Origin: Lytechinus pictus
Lineage: Eukaryota
Direction: 5' to 3'
DNA: 64,000 nucleotides
Assembly (NCBI RefSeq): GCF_037042905.1
Contig: NC_087252.1
Span: 1 to 64,000 of the forward strand
Shown: in pieces, positions 39,899 through 53,727 of the stretch
Position numbering within the stretch: the stretch's first letter is position 1
Layout: every line of letters begins with the position of its first letter
The notes under the pieces: generated by a model
What the model was told of the DNA's origin: nothing
Databases searched by the model: none
The model's input: only the letters and a program-made list of their open reading frames with translations
Translations under genes and position numbers: made by a program

Positions 39899-42892
39899 TG
39901 GATTATATCTTTTTGAACTTTCCTGAATCTGCACCAGGTATAATAATGGTGCAAGAAATTAACCATTAACGCTGCAACCTTACACAACTGAGTAGATTTT
40001 TTCAAAAACTTCCCTTTGACAGTGTATTTAGTAAATTTCCCTTAGTTAATGGGACATTGGGAGGATATCGCTTGATAGTTAATTGATTTGTTAATCTAAA
40101 CAAGATTTGCCCTAAATTATCTTTAGTCTTATCACCCAAGCAATTTCTGGTGGTAGGTGCCACCAAGGTATTCATGAAAATTCAGTTTCAATCAAAGCAG
40201 CATAAAACTGTAAATCCATTTACAATTGGAGATGAAAGCAATGATATTTTGAAGTTTCACTTTCTTTCACAAAATAGTGATATGCACAACATACACAATA
40301 GTGGAGCGCCGTGGAATTCATCCACAGTGTGCTGCACTCGACCCAGGTGAGGTAAATGCATACCGGCAGGAAATAATTCCTCAAAAAGCTGTGTGCACCT
40401 AAATTAAAATCGGTAGCCTAGCTTAGCCGGGTAATAATAACAGGGCCCGCTGGGTAAATATACCGTTATTATTATTATAACATAGTTGATACGTGCAGAG
40501 AGAGTGGTTGATACATGTATGATCTCTCAGTATTTATTTTGTATTTATGAATATAAAATATCTGTTTGAACAGATAGGGCTCTTGGTTTAGACAAATATG
40601 ACATTTGTGCTTGTTCGAGGTCAAACCATAGTTTACATTATTAAAGTCATGTATTTGAAATGTTTCATTTGTCACTAGTTCCCTCATTCCCATTTCAGCC
40701 CCTCTTATGCATACTACATTCGTATTTCATAAACATGTAGCTGTGAAATTAAGTGCAACTTTATGTCATAACTTTGCAATATGACATTCAAAATTTGATG
40801 AAGTGTTGAACATATTCTGCAAAATGCATGTTTTTTCTTTATTCAAATTAACTTTTCATTGGAGTGAGTTTTACTTACATTTTGTTGGCATAATACATGG
40901 TTGCGGTACACCAATCGCCTTCCTGTATACTTGGGTTAAAAATCAACTGTCACTTCTCTTTACTCTTTTGCATCGCTTGTTGGTTATAACTGAGACCAAA
41001 AAGTCTACCACTGAGGATGTTTCTATAGAACTTTAATAGTGCCAAAGAAGAATAAATGGATTTCCTTTTTTTTCTCTCCCATGATGTGTGAAGGGGTTCT
41101 AATTCTACACACAACTCATTATGCATTCAGTTCATGAGTAAAATGCTCAATTAATGTTTGAGATTGTGACTGCTGTGACAAATGATTTTTTTTCATATTT
41201 TCTAAATAGGCTACGTTGCTGTAACAAAAGGCAGAGAAAACTTCAAGGTTCATGGTTTATTCACATCAACATTTCACATTTAAAAAAAAAATCAACAACT
41301 CAATACAAACAATAATATTTTACGATACAAATTTTCATAGATAAGCATGAATAAATATGGTAAAATATGAAATGTATACATAATATAACAATAGAAAAAA
41401 AGTACTGGAATGTATTCTTGTAATTGGTTCGAAAATAATGACAAAGAAAGAAAGTGAGAGATGTGGAAATGAGGGAGCCAAAAGTAAATGCAAAGCTTGT
41501 TGGTTGAAGGCTCCAAAGAATATGCAGTGAGTAATTGTACTAGTAAATGTTTGCAATTTGGGAGTTATATTCATGAGTTTCATATTTTTCATTGATAATA
41601 TGAACATAATTTAGAACAGAGAAGCACAGGAAATAAAATTTCTTAGCATGAGAAATGAAGTGAGTAACACCTTCCAAATGGAAAAGATGACATGATATTT
41701 GCTTTTTATTTAATGACTTGTGTGTATTGCCATGTAAAAGATCTTTTCAGTATTTACCACTTAATAAAATTAGAAATTCTATCCAAACATTTAAATTGTT
41801 AGAAAAAAAATCATGTATTTGTGCTGCCTTGATCACTCATTCTTTGTTTCATTTTCATGGAGGCAATTAAACTGCTCTTTTTGAAGAAACCCATTTAATG
41901 CTCGGCTTCTCTGGGTATATTTTCATTGTTATCATATTTTTTTGGCATAGCTCCACAACTATCAGTTTTCTTCATTTTCGTCATCACCATTATCATCATT
42001 GCAAAACACCAGTCTTTTCTTCTTGAGATCCAATCTCTTTGTAAACTCACTTGTGACATTTTACTCTCAACTTAGAATATTCCTGTAAGAAAATTCTGAG
42101 ACATGCCACCAGTTCTGGTAATGATCTCCTATTGAGTTTGACCAGGATTCATGGAATTTACCACCCAAGTGTTTTATATTTTTAAATAAGATGTTTTCCA
42201 AGTAATAATAATACACTGTCCCACATATGACTAGAGAGTTTTAGGAGCAGTAAACGAGAGCGGCGTCGCAGTGGTCTGATCGTTCGAGTCAACGTAGTCA
42301 TCTGCCCTTGTTCACTACAGATGTGAATATGTTAGATTTCACTGGACTTGTACGTGTACGTACGTCCACGTGAAACAGCGTGATAACCAGCAGGTCATGA
42401 CACGCTGCCCGACCCGGAAGATCTGGCGTACCATCCTTCGCCTGGCGACCCGGTTGGGTGATGCGAAGGTGCAACTTGTGCACACTTGCCCTTTCACTTG
42501 CTTTGATACCTTTTTACGCGAGTTGGGATATAATTATATAGATATATATTTTGGAGATCAGAAAGCAATTTCAAATATGATAAACATAATGCGTCGTACA
42601 ACTTAGATTAATTTTGTGAAGTCACTTTAATGTGACCAGTTCTCTGCTTAATAGGTTTCATACTTTCACAAGGTTAGGCTTATACACTGTCCCACATATG
42701 AATATCTGTGTTGGAGTTCTTTAGTGTGACCATTTCTCTGCTTTATTGATTTCTTACTTTCACAAGGTTAGGCTTATGTAAATATACCAGATCTTGATCT
42801 ACAATGATATGGTGACAATATTCCTCTGTTTGAAAGGATATTGAAATAATTATTTGCTGCAAGTTCATGAATTTAGTGTTAATGATTCTTAA

Positions 42893-43477
42893 AGGTCAAG
42901 TCCACCCCAGGAAAATGTTAATTTGAATAAACAAAGAAAAATCAAACTAGCATTACGCTGAAAATTTCATCAAAATCGGATGTAAAATAAGAAAGTTATG
43001 GCATTTTACAGTTTCGTTTATAACACAAAACAGTGATATGCACAAGTCAGTGAAATGCAAATGTGTCAGTCGAGGATGTCCATCACTCACTATTTTGTTT
43101 TTTATTGCTTGAATTATACAATATTTCATTTTTTACAAATTTGACAATAAGGACCAACTTGACTGAACCATAAAGTATTAAACAATGCTAATTCTATGTG
43201 TTCAGGGAGGAATTAATTGTTGTTTCACTCAACATTGAGGAGAAAATTAGAATATTTCATATAACAAAATGCATAAGAAAGTGAGTGGATGACATCATCA
43301 GTCTCCTCATTTGCATACCGACCAGGATGTGCATATAACTGTTTTGTGAAATTAAGCAATTCTTTAGAATGTCATAACTTATTTTACATCCAAGTTTGAT
43401 GAAATTTTCAGTCTTATGCTTGTTGGATTTTTCTCTTTTTATTCAACTCAACTTTTTTGTTGGGGTGGACTTGTCCT
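42893..43477. mobile_element. TTAA-flanked Kolobok-like foldback MITE
   Basis: TTAA|AGGTCAAGTCCACCCC ... GGGGTGGACTTGTCCT|TTAA. Confidence 0.78.
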
Positions 43478-43803
43478 TTAATTGTCAAGTGTTTCTCATA
43501 TTTCTTGTATGTTTCTTCCTTTGACTTTCACTGTGCTTTGAGTATTTTCAGAGTTTACTTGGTTAAATTATATTTTAAAAAAAAAATTATTATTATAAGA
43601 AATCCCCCTTTATTGAAATTTCTTTGTATCACTTTCACCAGTTTCTCAAAGAACTGCTTTCTTGTGTTTGTTATAAGTCTGAATAAAAGTTAAAATAGAT
43701 GTGAATTTGTACAATGTTGTGCTATTATTTGTTTGTGAAGAGTTATTGTTGTAACTTGTAAGGTCCCAATCTGAATAAAACCATTATAAACTTTTCTTGC
43801 TAT

Positions 43804-44488
43804 TGTAGCATAATGAGTTATACGTTTAAGATGTATTTCATAGTTGATCGTAGAGGGCGATATTTTTATGTTGTGATACTTGGTATGGAAAAGTACGTCA
43901 GTTCGCTGGGAGCTGCGGTGGCGTGCGGTTGTAAGATGTAAGCTCCGAATAAATCAAGTTGAACTGTATACTGAATATCTCCCAGGTTGCTTCATTTGCA
44001 TGATTTAGGGTGAGTGAGCGGGTGATTTGGTGTATTTCAGAGGAGCGAGAGAGTGTACCACGTTGCACAATATACTTTTGTGAGAGAACCTGCCCAAAAA
44101 GAGATATATAAGTGAGGAGAAGCGTGGACCGGGTTCTGGAGACTGCGAGACGGCAGAACGCTACCCCAACAGAGCTCGGTTACGCCACACTGGAGCTGTG
44201 ATGACGTGCAGTTGTAAATAGTAGCTCCCGATATTAAACTAAGACTTACACCGTACACTAGATCTTTCCACTGTGCTTTCTTTATAAGGTGAGTGTTATA
44301 GTGCTTGATTCGATGTATTTCAGAGAGGTCTGAGAGGAAGAGAGTGTACCACGTTATACAATAGACTTTTGTGAGAGAATCTGCCCCCCAAAACAATTGA
44401 ATGAGTGAAGAACAGCGTGGACCGGGTTCTAGAGACTGCGAGACGGCAGAACGCTACCTATACCCCAACAGAGCTCGGTTACGCCACA
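43804..44488 (+). mobile_element. Probable solo LTR with internal ~290-bp duplication
   Basis: CTAT|TGTAGCATAA ... TTACGCCACA|CTAT (TG..CA ends, inverted termini, 4-bp TSD); AATAAA inside; 3' half present twice. Confidence 0.65.
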
Positions 44489-45274
44489 CTATTGTAGAAA
44501 GGAAGTTTAGAAGATGTCAAGTGAAAGATTGGGTGTAATTTTGTGTGTGTTTTCTGTGTCAATATGGGGTGATTTTCAGGGGAAACACTTTTCCCACTTT
44601 GGTCAAGATGCTGACCTTTTCATTATCCACCAAAATGTGTAAATGTTATTTATGCTCTTTTGAATGGCATATGATTGACTATAGTAGGCGATAATATTAG
44701 CTGGTAATACTGTTTTCTTCCTTTCCTGTTTGCTTATTAAAGGGGACGTTCACCCTAACGAAAAGTTGTAAAAATAGCAGAAAAAAATATATTGGCCAAG
44801 GTTTGAGGAAAATCTGTTTAAAATTAAGAAATTTATTAGAATTTTAAGTTTTGGGTTTGAGATGTCATACTTGAGCAGCTGCACCATACATGTATGTGAT
44901 GTAATACAAAATGCACGAATTTCACTTCTTTAACAGTTCTGATGACTTAATTTTGTTTTCTTTTCATTATTGGGTGTGAAATGATTTGTCTATTAAAAGG
45001 TACAGTAAAAACAATTTCTGATTTTCTGAGAAAATTACATTTCATTAATTTTTTACCATTAGCTATGTAGGAAAGCTGCTCACATATTACATTACAAATA
45101 AAATGATTACATTCTAATAACTTTTAATTCTAGATGGATTTTTGACTGGCCTTGAGGGGAACATCAAATATATTGCCAGCAAAAGAATCATATTGGCCCG
45201 AGTTTTTAGACGAGGGCAATATGGGTCATTTATATTATATTATATTTCTTAAATAAACGTTTTGTCAGGAACTC

Positions 45275-45944
45275 CCCTCTTGAGATCTCGGCCGTCGACC
45301 GAGCCGAAATTTGGCACGAAGGTGTTCTGGGACATAATCTACAAACTTGTATAGTAATTTATTTCATGCAAATTGCTATTAAGTAATTATGCTAATTCAT
45401 GCGTAATTAGTATACTTTTTCCTCTAACTCCCTATAAATAAAGCGGCAGATATTCTAATTTTTGGTATAGAAAAACTTTGTGGTGTTCTTATCAAGCCTA
45501 CGTGAAAAAATTGCAATATCATATCAATTTCTGATGTATTACATTGTTTTTAGCAATTTCTTATGTATTTCTTTGTTCTTTGGACCTTTTGTTTTTCATT
45601 GTTTTTTGTTGAAATTTGTTGAACTCTTTTGAGACCATTAACAGCATACAACAAATCCATTTAGACCTATAAAACTAAAAAATAATCATACATCTATGAT
45701 TTTTGGTTGAAAAGAGAATTTGCATTGACTTTGTACAAGAAATCACGTTTTTGGTCTGACATGCACTTTATACAAAATGTTGCATGATTTCGAAAGCGCA
45801 AACCCGGGTGTCACAAAATTGGTCTCAAAGTTGCACAAGACTTGGAAAGTTTAAAGTCAGCGAGCGGGGCGATCACAAAATTTTGCACGGCAAAAATATT
45901 GTGCGAATCGTTGAGGGGGAGGCCTCCCCCCAGCCTATATAGGG
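45275..45944. mobile_element. piggyBac-like MITE, inverted, one end lost
   Basis: Ends CAGCCTATATAGGG|TTAA; internal homology to 15858-17562 in reverse orientation. Confidence 0.6.
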
Positions 45945-46359
45945 TTAAGACCAGTACAAATGTTGTAGGAGCAAAATGTTGTGTCATCTAAAGAAGGGAA
46001 GCACTTATTGGTGTTGTATAATATGTATTTTTCTTTCCAATGTGATGCTTTTATCAGTTTGCTTTATCAATCAAACTCAACTCTATTTCTGTAGATCTGA
46101 GCCCAGGCTTAGAACAAAATGCAATTGATCTGATCAACCACAGCTACAGACAGCCAGCAATGTCAACATACATATATAAAATGTATGCTGGTTCAAAATG
46201 TTTTCTAGATATAATGTATAAAGAGTCATTTTTCTTGACAATTCAGTATGCCCCTCTTAGTTTACCAAAAGGACATTGTTAAAATTTCCTACAGGAAAAT
46301 TATGACATTGATGGATTTCCATATAGTTGAGGTTGATCGAATCAATCACATTGTTTTAA

Positions 46360-47030
46360 CCCTTATTAAACTGAGGGGGGGTCAATTTGACCCACCCCCT
46401 CGACAAATTTTGCCGATACGCCGCTCACTGACTCTTTACTTTCAAGTCTTGCGCATCTTTTGAGACCAAATTTGCACAACCCGGGTTCACAGTTCCGATA
46501 TTACGCAATATTTTGTAAGCACTTGTCGGTCCCAAAATTGCTCAAAAACGTGATTACGTGTACAAAGTCAATGCAAATTGTGTTTTTCTTCCAAAAATGT
46601 ACAATTATTTTTACTTTTGTTGGTTTAGATAGATTTATTTTATGTTATTTATGATCGCAAAAGGGTCCCGGACAAGTTCATAAAAAAAAACAATAAGATA
46701 CATAGGAAATTAATTATATTACGGCAATTTTTTTGTAGATTTGTGTTACAAATGTAAAAAATATATGTTTACCAAAAATTAGCATTCTACTAGCTATATT
46801 AATTGAGTTGAAGGCAAAAAAAAAAAAAATTAGGGCAAATTCCATACACTTATTTGCATAATTAATTAATAAGAAAATATGAGCAATTAATTTTTTGAAA
46901 ATTTTACGATACAGTCTTGCGGTTTACATCCGGCTCTACATCAACGGCTGAGATCTGAGGGGGGGAGTCAAAGTGACCCCCCCCCCCCCCCCAGTATATG
47001 TTGGTCTGAAATAGCCCAGTTAAGAAAGGG
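46360..47030. mobile_element. piggyBac-like MITE
   Basis: TTAA|CCCTTATTAAACTG ... CAGTTAAGAAAGGG|TTAA. Confidence 0.72.
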
Positions 47031-48062
47031 TTAAGACAGGACCAAGGTCTTAAAATATGGAACTCAACAAGAAGCACACTTCTCAATATAAACAAACTGT
47101 CAACAAGAATTGTAATGATGCTTTGAAGATTTAATTTGTCTAAATACAATTCATAACTGACAAATTTTTTCAACAGAATGCTTTTCATGACATCAGATCA
47201 CTTGCTTCTAGAAAAGTAAGAACTCACTCTTTGTTTGAAGCTGATCTCAACTGTCATTAATATAACCAGCACACTGCCAAGAGAATGTATATCTGAACTT
47301 GGGTTTAAATTAAACCCTGATTTAAAGTTGTGGTTTAACTATAGAGAGCCAATTGGGGCACAAATCCCTAACAGTTACACATCCAATTTATCAACTCTTA
47401 TGACACCCAAATTGTCTGGAATGATATCTGAACTATTTTGAAGTATTTTTCTTCATTATGAAAGCAAGAGGAAACAAAATGGTAAACATAAGAAACATAC
47501 AATATAAACAGAATTTTGGAATATTTGGCTCCCCATAATTTTAGCACAGAGGTAGACTGTGACTTCATAATATGGGCCCTTGTATCTTCATACTGAGTTA
47601 TCTGTGCCCAACCTATAGACAACGGTCTATCTCTTTTCCAAGGCTTTATCATTACATTAACCGCTTCCAGAAAAGTAGAAATTTCCCTTGATTTAGAAGA
47701 TGATATTACAGATGAAACTATCTGATATAACAAGATCACCGTCTGAACTCTAACAGGTCTCAATTAGAAGCATACTCATACTATCAGTACCAGCAGCCAA
47801 TATATATACTACTAATGTCTCTCTCTTCTCCATGGCTAATCATCATATGACCCGCTTCCGGTATAGTAAGAGTACCTCATGTTAGAAGCTCATCTCGTAT
47901 GTGAGACTATCGGGTATAACCAGCTCACTGTCTTCAACTTCAACAGACAGACTCAATTTATCCAAGGTACCTGAAGCCAATCTATGACTTCTTAACTCTC
48001 TCATTTGATTGGCTAATGATGACATAACCTGGCAAAGGTCAAAGGTCAAGAAGAGGTTGACC

Positions 48063-48141
48063 TCAGGTAAGAAGTCGATGGTATTCTGACATTAGACTGG
48101 ATTTCTTGATATTCTCCCATGTTCTGCTTGCATATTGGTAC
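48063..48141 (-). CDS. SMG9: NMD factor SMG9, last coding exon
   Basis: (W)YQYASRTWENIKKSSLMSEYHRLLT*; matches the conserved SMG9 C-terminus. Confidence 0.93.
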
Positions 48142-48216
48142 CTAAAAAAAAACATAAGTTAAAGAACTTTGTGTAAATTGATAAAACGCCATTATGGAAC
48201 TGAGGGGTGTTTAATA

Positions 48217-48384
48217 GGTTCCATGACATTTGCTCTGCTGCAAAGTCCACACATTAATGGAATGACCCACTTCAACCCTAAATTTAACACTAAACCTAAT
48301 ATAAAACCCTATTACAACCCTAACCCTATATCTTATACAAACTAAAGCCCAGAGCAATTGTCGCTAGAGCAAATGTCATGGTAC
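48217..48384. mobile_element. Mutator-like MITE with internal telomere-like repeats, nested in another MITE
   Basis: TIR CCATGACATTTGCTCT / AGAGCAAATGTCATGG; 9-bp TSD TGTTTAATA; internal AACCCTAA-like units. Confidence 0.78.
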
Positions 48385-49812
48385 TGTTTAATAAAGCGGT
48401 TCATAAGAGTGACTTTAAGAACGACTGGTGATCCTTTCTTGTGGTAAATGATATTCATCATTAAATGCTCATTGGTGATTATTTAGCGCAGAAGAAAGTT
48501 TCACCAGTCGCTCTTAACTTACAAACAGCCAGAAATGTTATTGCTAGCAGTGGTAACGTTAACTAATTCAAAATACTTTTGAAATCTTGCACTTGCTGTC
48601 ACAGCTGCCCTGCACGCTCCATAACACTCACCCTATACAGGATGATAGATCATATATATGCTTTTTAAACTGCATTTCCTTTACCCCATACAACCCCATA
48701 CTAAGTTTTTCTTGCTTCACACTGTCTTTCTTAACCCCATACTATTTTCTTAGCGAGGGTTAATGCCTTAACACCGGACTATCTCAAAGCTCATGAATAC
48801 TGATGATTTTACCACACAGCTTGTAATTAACCAGCAATTTGACTTCCATGATTGGCTAATGCTAAGCCCCCACATTTGCTTCCCGGTTTTTGTTTCACAC
48901 TGCATCTCTTTAGCACCGCAATAAGTCGGCTAACACTGCTTTTTAGCAGGGCCAGATAGTACTGTACTATTTACCTTGCTAGCCCACTTTGCTAAAATGT
49001 AGTGTGAAACCGAAGTGGGCTAAGCTTAACCCCGGGAAATTGGTGGGCTAAGACCCCCCCCCCCCCCCTCCCCTTAGCCCTACCTAAAATACCAATGTTA
49101 CGGGGAAAAAATTGAGGTGTGAAAAGCATAATAGTTTGGGAAGATGGTGGAATCAATGTCCAAATTCAATCCAAGCGTACACACAAGTGCATACATCAAT
49201 GAATATCACGCGGCCATTTACAATAGGCCGGGGCAACTTCGGGGCATTTTTAATCTCGAGCCCTAGCAACTGACCAGCCGATGAAAACAATGCACTAGTG
49301 ACCCGTACAGCAGGGCGGCATTTAGCATGCCTACAATGCATAATCTGCAAACATCGCATTCATACTTTGTGCTGATTGTCATTATAATCGAGTTCAACCT
49401 TTTCGTTATCTGCAAGTTTAAAAATCTTTGTGAAATTTTCCGTGCTGTTTCTGACATTATTTCAGTGTTTCTTATGCTTTGTTTTCATCGCACTGTCAGT
49501 GCTATCGTCATTAAGCGGATGTGATGTCACTTGGCCCCATAGATATGTTTACTGGGGTGATATCAAAACCTAGAGTATAACCAATGCAATCTTTGCAGTT
49601 GTGATAATGAGATGGTATATTGACCAATCACTAATTCAAATCTACATACCAATAATACGTAATATAAAAGAATAAATGTGGATATGATGTCCATCAGCTT
49701 GCTCATTGCATATTCAAGACAGTTAACATAGAACTCTTCACACAAAGTAATGTTTAATTTGAAAATTTTGATTTCAAGCTTACTATTATGAACCTTAATG
49801 TTTCTAACTCAC

Positions 49813-49960
49813 CAGTTCTTTTCATTGAGTGATGAATGCGTTAGTAGAGGTCTGCTAGCAGCATACATCTGATTCCTGAAAGCTGTTACTAACCTCTCAG
49901 GTTTTGGGTGACCTACGTAGCCAGGGTCAGCAACAATGTCCACAGCAGAGGTCTTGGATT
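49813..49960 (-). CDS. SMG9: SMG9 exon
   Basis: (E)SKTSAVDIVADPGYVGHPKPERLVTAFRNQMYAASRPLLTHSSLNEKN(W); AG/GT boundaries, phases consistent. Confidence 0.92.
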
Positions 49961-50512
49961 CTTCAATACAAACAAATCAAATCATTGTTAAATCACTTTC
50001 TAAACAAGAGACAAACTTTATTTTTCAATAAATAAAAGATTTATCAGGCCCCTGTTGCACAAAAGTTGCCATAAACCTCATCCCAAGATTCTAATCACTG
50101 ATTGGTAAAAACAACATGTGACGTAGTGCAATTCAGTGTATCATCATCTCAGGGTTTCGACTTGCTGTCAATTTCATACATCAAACCCTGTCATGATAGG
50201 GCAGGGCCACAACGAGTTGTGTTGCTACTGACTGCTGGGTCACGTACATACAGCCACCGTCACACTGACCATGCATGTAGCTGATGACAAGTAGCAGGGC
50301 AGCTAGTTTGAATTACAAAGTGATCTAGCGAAGCAACCTAGACTAGAATGTATTAGTGGTCCTCAAATAGACAACAGTTTCCCTTGAGCCTAGATTTAGT
50401 GTAAGATATATCTTTGTGATAAACAATACGGCATATAAAAAAATATGGACTGCTCTGTAAGTATATGTTGGTGGAAATCATTACTCGGTGCTTTTCATAC
50501 CCACCCTTCCAT

Positions 50513-50864
50513 GGTTTATTTCCAATTTGTCTATGCCAACTCGTCTACTATTATTTGGTCTACCATCAGTTCGTCCACTCACCACATGGTCTACTTTCAT
50601 TTAGTCTAATGCCATTCTGTCCAATAACCAGTTGGTCCAATAGCCATTTAGTCAATATACCATTTGGTCTCATTGGATAAGTGTTAATTGGGCAAAATGA
50701 ATGAAAAGAAGATGGGTATTAGACAAACTGGTGATTAGACAAGGTGATTTTTTGACCAAATGGTTGTTAGACAAAATGTTGATGGACGGAATGACATTAG
50801 ACTAAATGAAGGTAGACCATGTGGTGAGTAGACGAGTTGGCGGAAGACGAATTGGCAGTTTACC
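50513..50864. mobile_element. Mutator-like MITE with short internal inverted repeat arrays
   Basis: GCCAACTCGTCTACT / AGTAGACGAGTTGGC arms; 9-bp TSD CCCTTC(C/T)AT. Confidence 0.65.
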
Positions 50865-51027
50865 CCCTTCTATTACCCCTCAACCAAGGCCTCAGGGTGA
50901 TAGAAGGGCTGAAATGAAAGGCACCTTGGCAATGATAATTTACACAGTCATCCTCGTGAGCAGTCAATATTATTACACCATTGCTATGAGTAAGTAACTA
51001 TCGTTGTAAATGCTAACAGCCAATTAA

Positions 51028-51622
51028 AGGGGAATCCAACCCAAACAAAAACTTGTTTTTATAAGGAAAAGAAAAATCAGACAAGTTGATAGGTGAAAGT
51101 TTGAACAATATTGGACAAACAACAAGAAAGTTATGAAGTTTTACAAGTTGTAAATATTGGTAATCACTATACCCATGGAGACTTCAAATTGGCCGCATAT
51201 GGGATGTCATAGTGATGTAAGGCAAGGACTACTCTTCCATGTACTCCAATACATATTTTGGCTAAAATGTCATTTTTCCCAAAAGTTTTATTTCAAATTA
51301 TATTTTTCTTTCATGAGGACATAAAACAATATACTACCCGGGTTATAGTTAGATTACTTCCCCAGGGGAATGGGTACTTAGGAGAAAACCACAAATCCCT
51401 GATAATAAAGTACATGGCCTATGGGAAAGTTGTCCATGCCCCTTGTCATAATTGACTTACCCAGTTGCCCATTTGAAATCTACATAGTATTAGTGATCTC
51501 AATTTTAAAGCAGCGATAACTTTCTTATTTCTTGTCCGATTTCTTTCAAACTTTCACCATTCTGTTTAATTTATTTTTCTCCTTCCAAACACATCATCTT
51601 ATGGCCACGGCTGGATTCTCCT
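51028..51622. mobile_element. TTAA-flanked Kolobok-like MITE
   Basis: TTAA|AGGGGAATCCAACC ... GGCTGGATTCTCCT|TTAA. Confidence 0.75.
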
Positions 51623-53727
51623 TTAACACTGAGGATTTTGAGGAATTTATTATTGCATAGAAAAGTTGCAAAGATAGCTAAAAAAATAGAACTCACATCA
51701 ATCTGCGGAATAAATGTTACAACCACAAAAAAATTACATTACAAAGCACTACTAGGTCGATCTCCCTTCTGATATTAATTTAGCTGGCAAATATTTTAAA
51801 AATTTAAGAATTTACTCTTTTTATTGTTATATATAAGAATGGTAAGAGCAATTACATTCATTTATTTGGTCATTTTCTCTTTAAGGATAGTCATAGCATA
51901 GTGTCGTGTTGGGATCGTTAATTATGATATAGAAGGGAAGCGTAATGAAGAAACTTGGAGAAAGTTATACAGTTCAAATCACTGGGTGTTTAATCATCAG
52001 TTACAGTTCGAAGTACATGAAGATTCAGATATCATAGGAGACGATGAATATAAAATAATTTCGAAGTATAAGATTGAGATTCGGAGTGAAGTTAAATTAA
52101 TATTCAATGGACGTCTAAGTCTTGAAGTCAGTCAGTCTCTGTGGATGAGTGTTGGTCTAGTATTCTATCGTTGTATTCCATCTCTAATAATCAAGAAGTC
52201 CTTATTTATATCCTTTAGTTTTGGGGGTGTAACAATTTAAGGTGGGAATGATCTCTAAACTTGATCTGATTGGTCTACAGGTAACTGTCTATCAAACTTT
52301 CTCTGGTATAAGGGGTGTGGTGATGCTCTGTGCAAGTGACTGGGGCTGGAAGTGTGAGTCATACTTCTTAGCACTTAAGTTCCTTGAAGTTAGCTGACGT
52401 CACTGAGGGTTGGTATTTTTATGGTCAAGGTTTAGGAGTTAAATGGTATTGGGGGTTTGGGATTCTTAGTTGACATTGGGGGAGTTTGTAAACAAGTGAA
52501 GGTGAAAGACTGAAAGGATAACAGGAAGTTAAATACATACTACATAACAATAGAATGATTAAGAACATTCCAGAATGTCTCACTAAAGCTTTGTTCTTTA
52601 AGGCTGAGGAATTTTGTTATTTCTGAATAGAGACTGCATACAATAGAGATTCCTTGTGGTAGTGGAAATGAACAATAGGATTAGCTATGTTGTTAATTTC
52701 ACTGAGGTCATTCAAGAATGTTCTAAAATAAGACTGCTACAGAAAGGAGAATGTTCCTTTTGTAGACAATACTAGGAGCTTCCAGAATAGTGAATAATTT
52801 GTATATTAGCTGGCAGTTTCTTCAAGGAGATCATCATTTCAGATCACATCATATCCGATCAGAACTCAGAGTTTCACGCCAGACTTTATGTCAGAGCAGA
52901 TTTTTTTTTCCACCAGGAATATTTATCTTCTGTGGAATTATTTGCACGCCATCAATGAACTGTTTGCAGTTACTTGGAGAGAGGAATTCTCAGTTCTCAT
53001 CGAGATCGTCAACCTGTTTTAATGAAAGCTTTTCAACCCATGGATTGCTGAAATTGACTGTTAATCATCATCAACATCGTCTTCACAGACATTTCAACTT
53101 GTTACAGTGACTCTTGTTATTCATCATGCTTCAACATCAATTTAATCATCGCCAGTATTGTGGACATTAATTAAAGGAACCTTTGCCAGCCAATCTGGAT
53201 ATTATCATTTGGAATAAATTCAGATCTGTCACTTCAAGAGATGTAAGATAAATATTTATTTATGTTCTGTTAGTTTATGATTGTTATATTTCCTGTAATA
53301 AAAAAAAAAGGAAATCAAATTTATTTATTTATTTATTTATTGATATATTCATATTCCACAATCATCAAAGTACATTTATAATAAATCATTTTAACACTGA
53401 AAAAATGCATAACACACAGGATTGAAACGTAGCAATGAAATGAAAAAAGTGGAGGGGCCTACTAAAAAGCAAAGCTTGTAAAATGTAGACCCCCTATCAA
53501 AATTTTATACAAGGGTAATATGATATAAGTAGAAAACCAAATTTTTATTGTTATTTGTTGCAGTATCGTAACATTATCTTACCGTACTTTACTTGCTCAA
53601 AGATATTAACTAAACTAGAATTTTTTATCTAACTTAACTACCTTATAGTTACCAACTTAACAATGGATAAATTAACTTTGAAAATGATTTAATTGCCTAA
53701 CTAATCAGACATGATCACCATTTGCTA

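Noticed and set aside
42255..42295. tRNA-like A and B boxes (GCAGTGG, GTTCGAGTC)
   Set aside because: Boxes are only a few bases apart and no cloverleaf forms.
52230..52530. Strong-looking minus-strand acceptor at ~52510 and a 35-codon ORF in an SMG9 intron (possible poison or nested exon)
   Set aside because: No matching donor or homology identified; such sites occur by chance.
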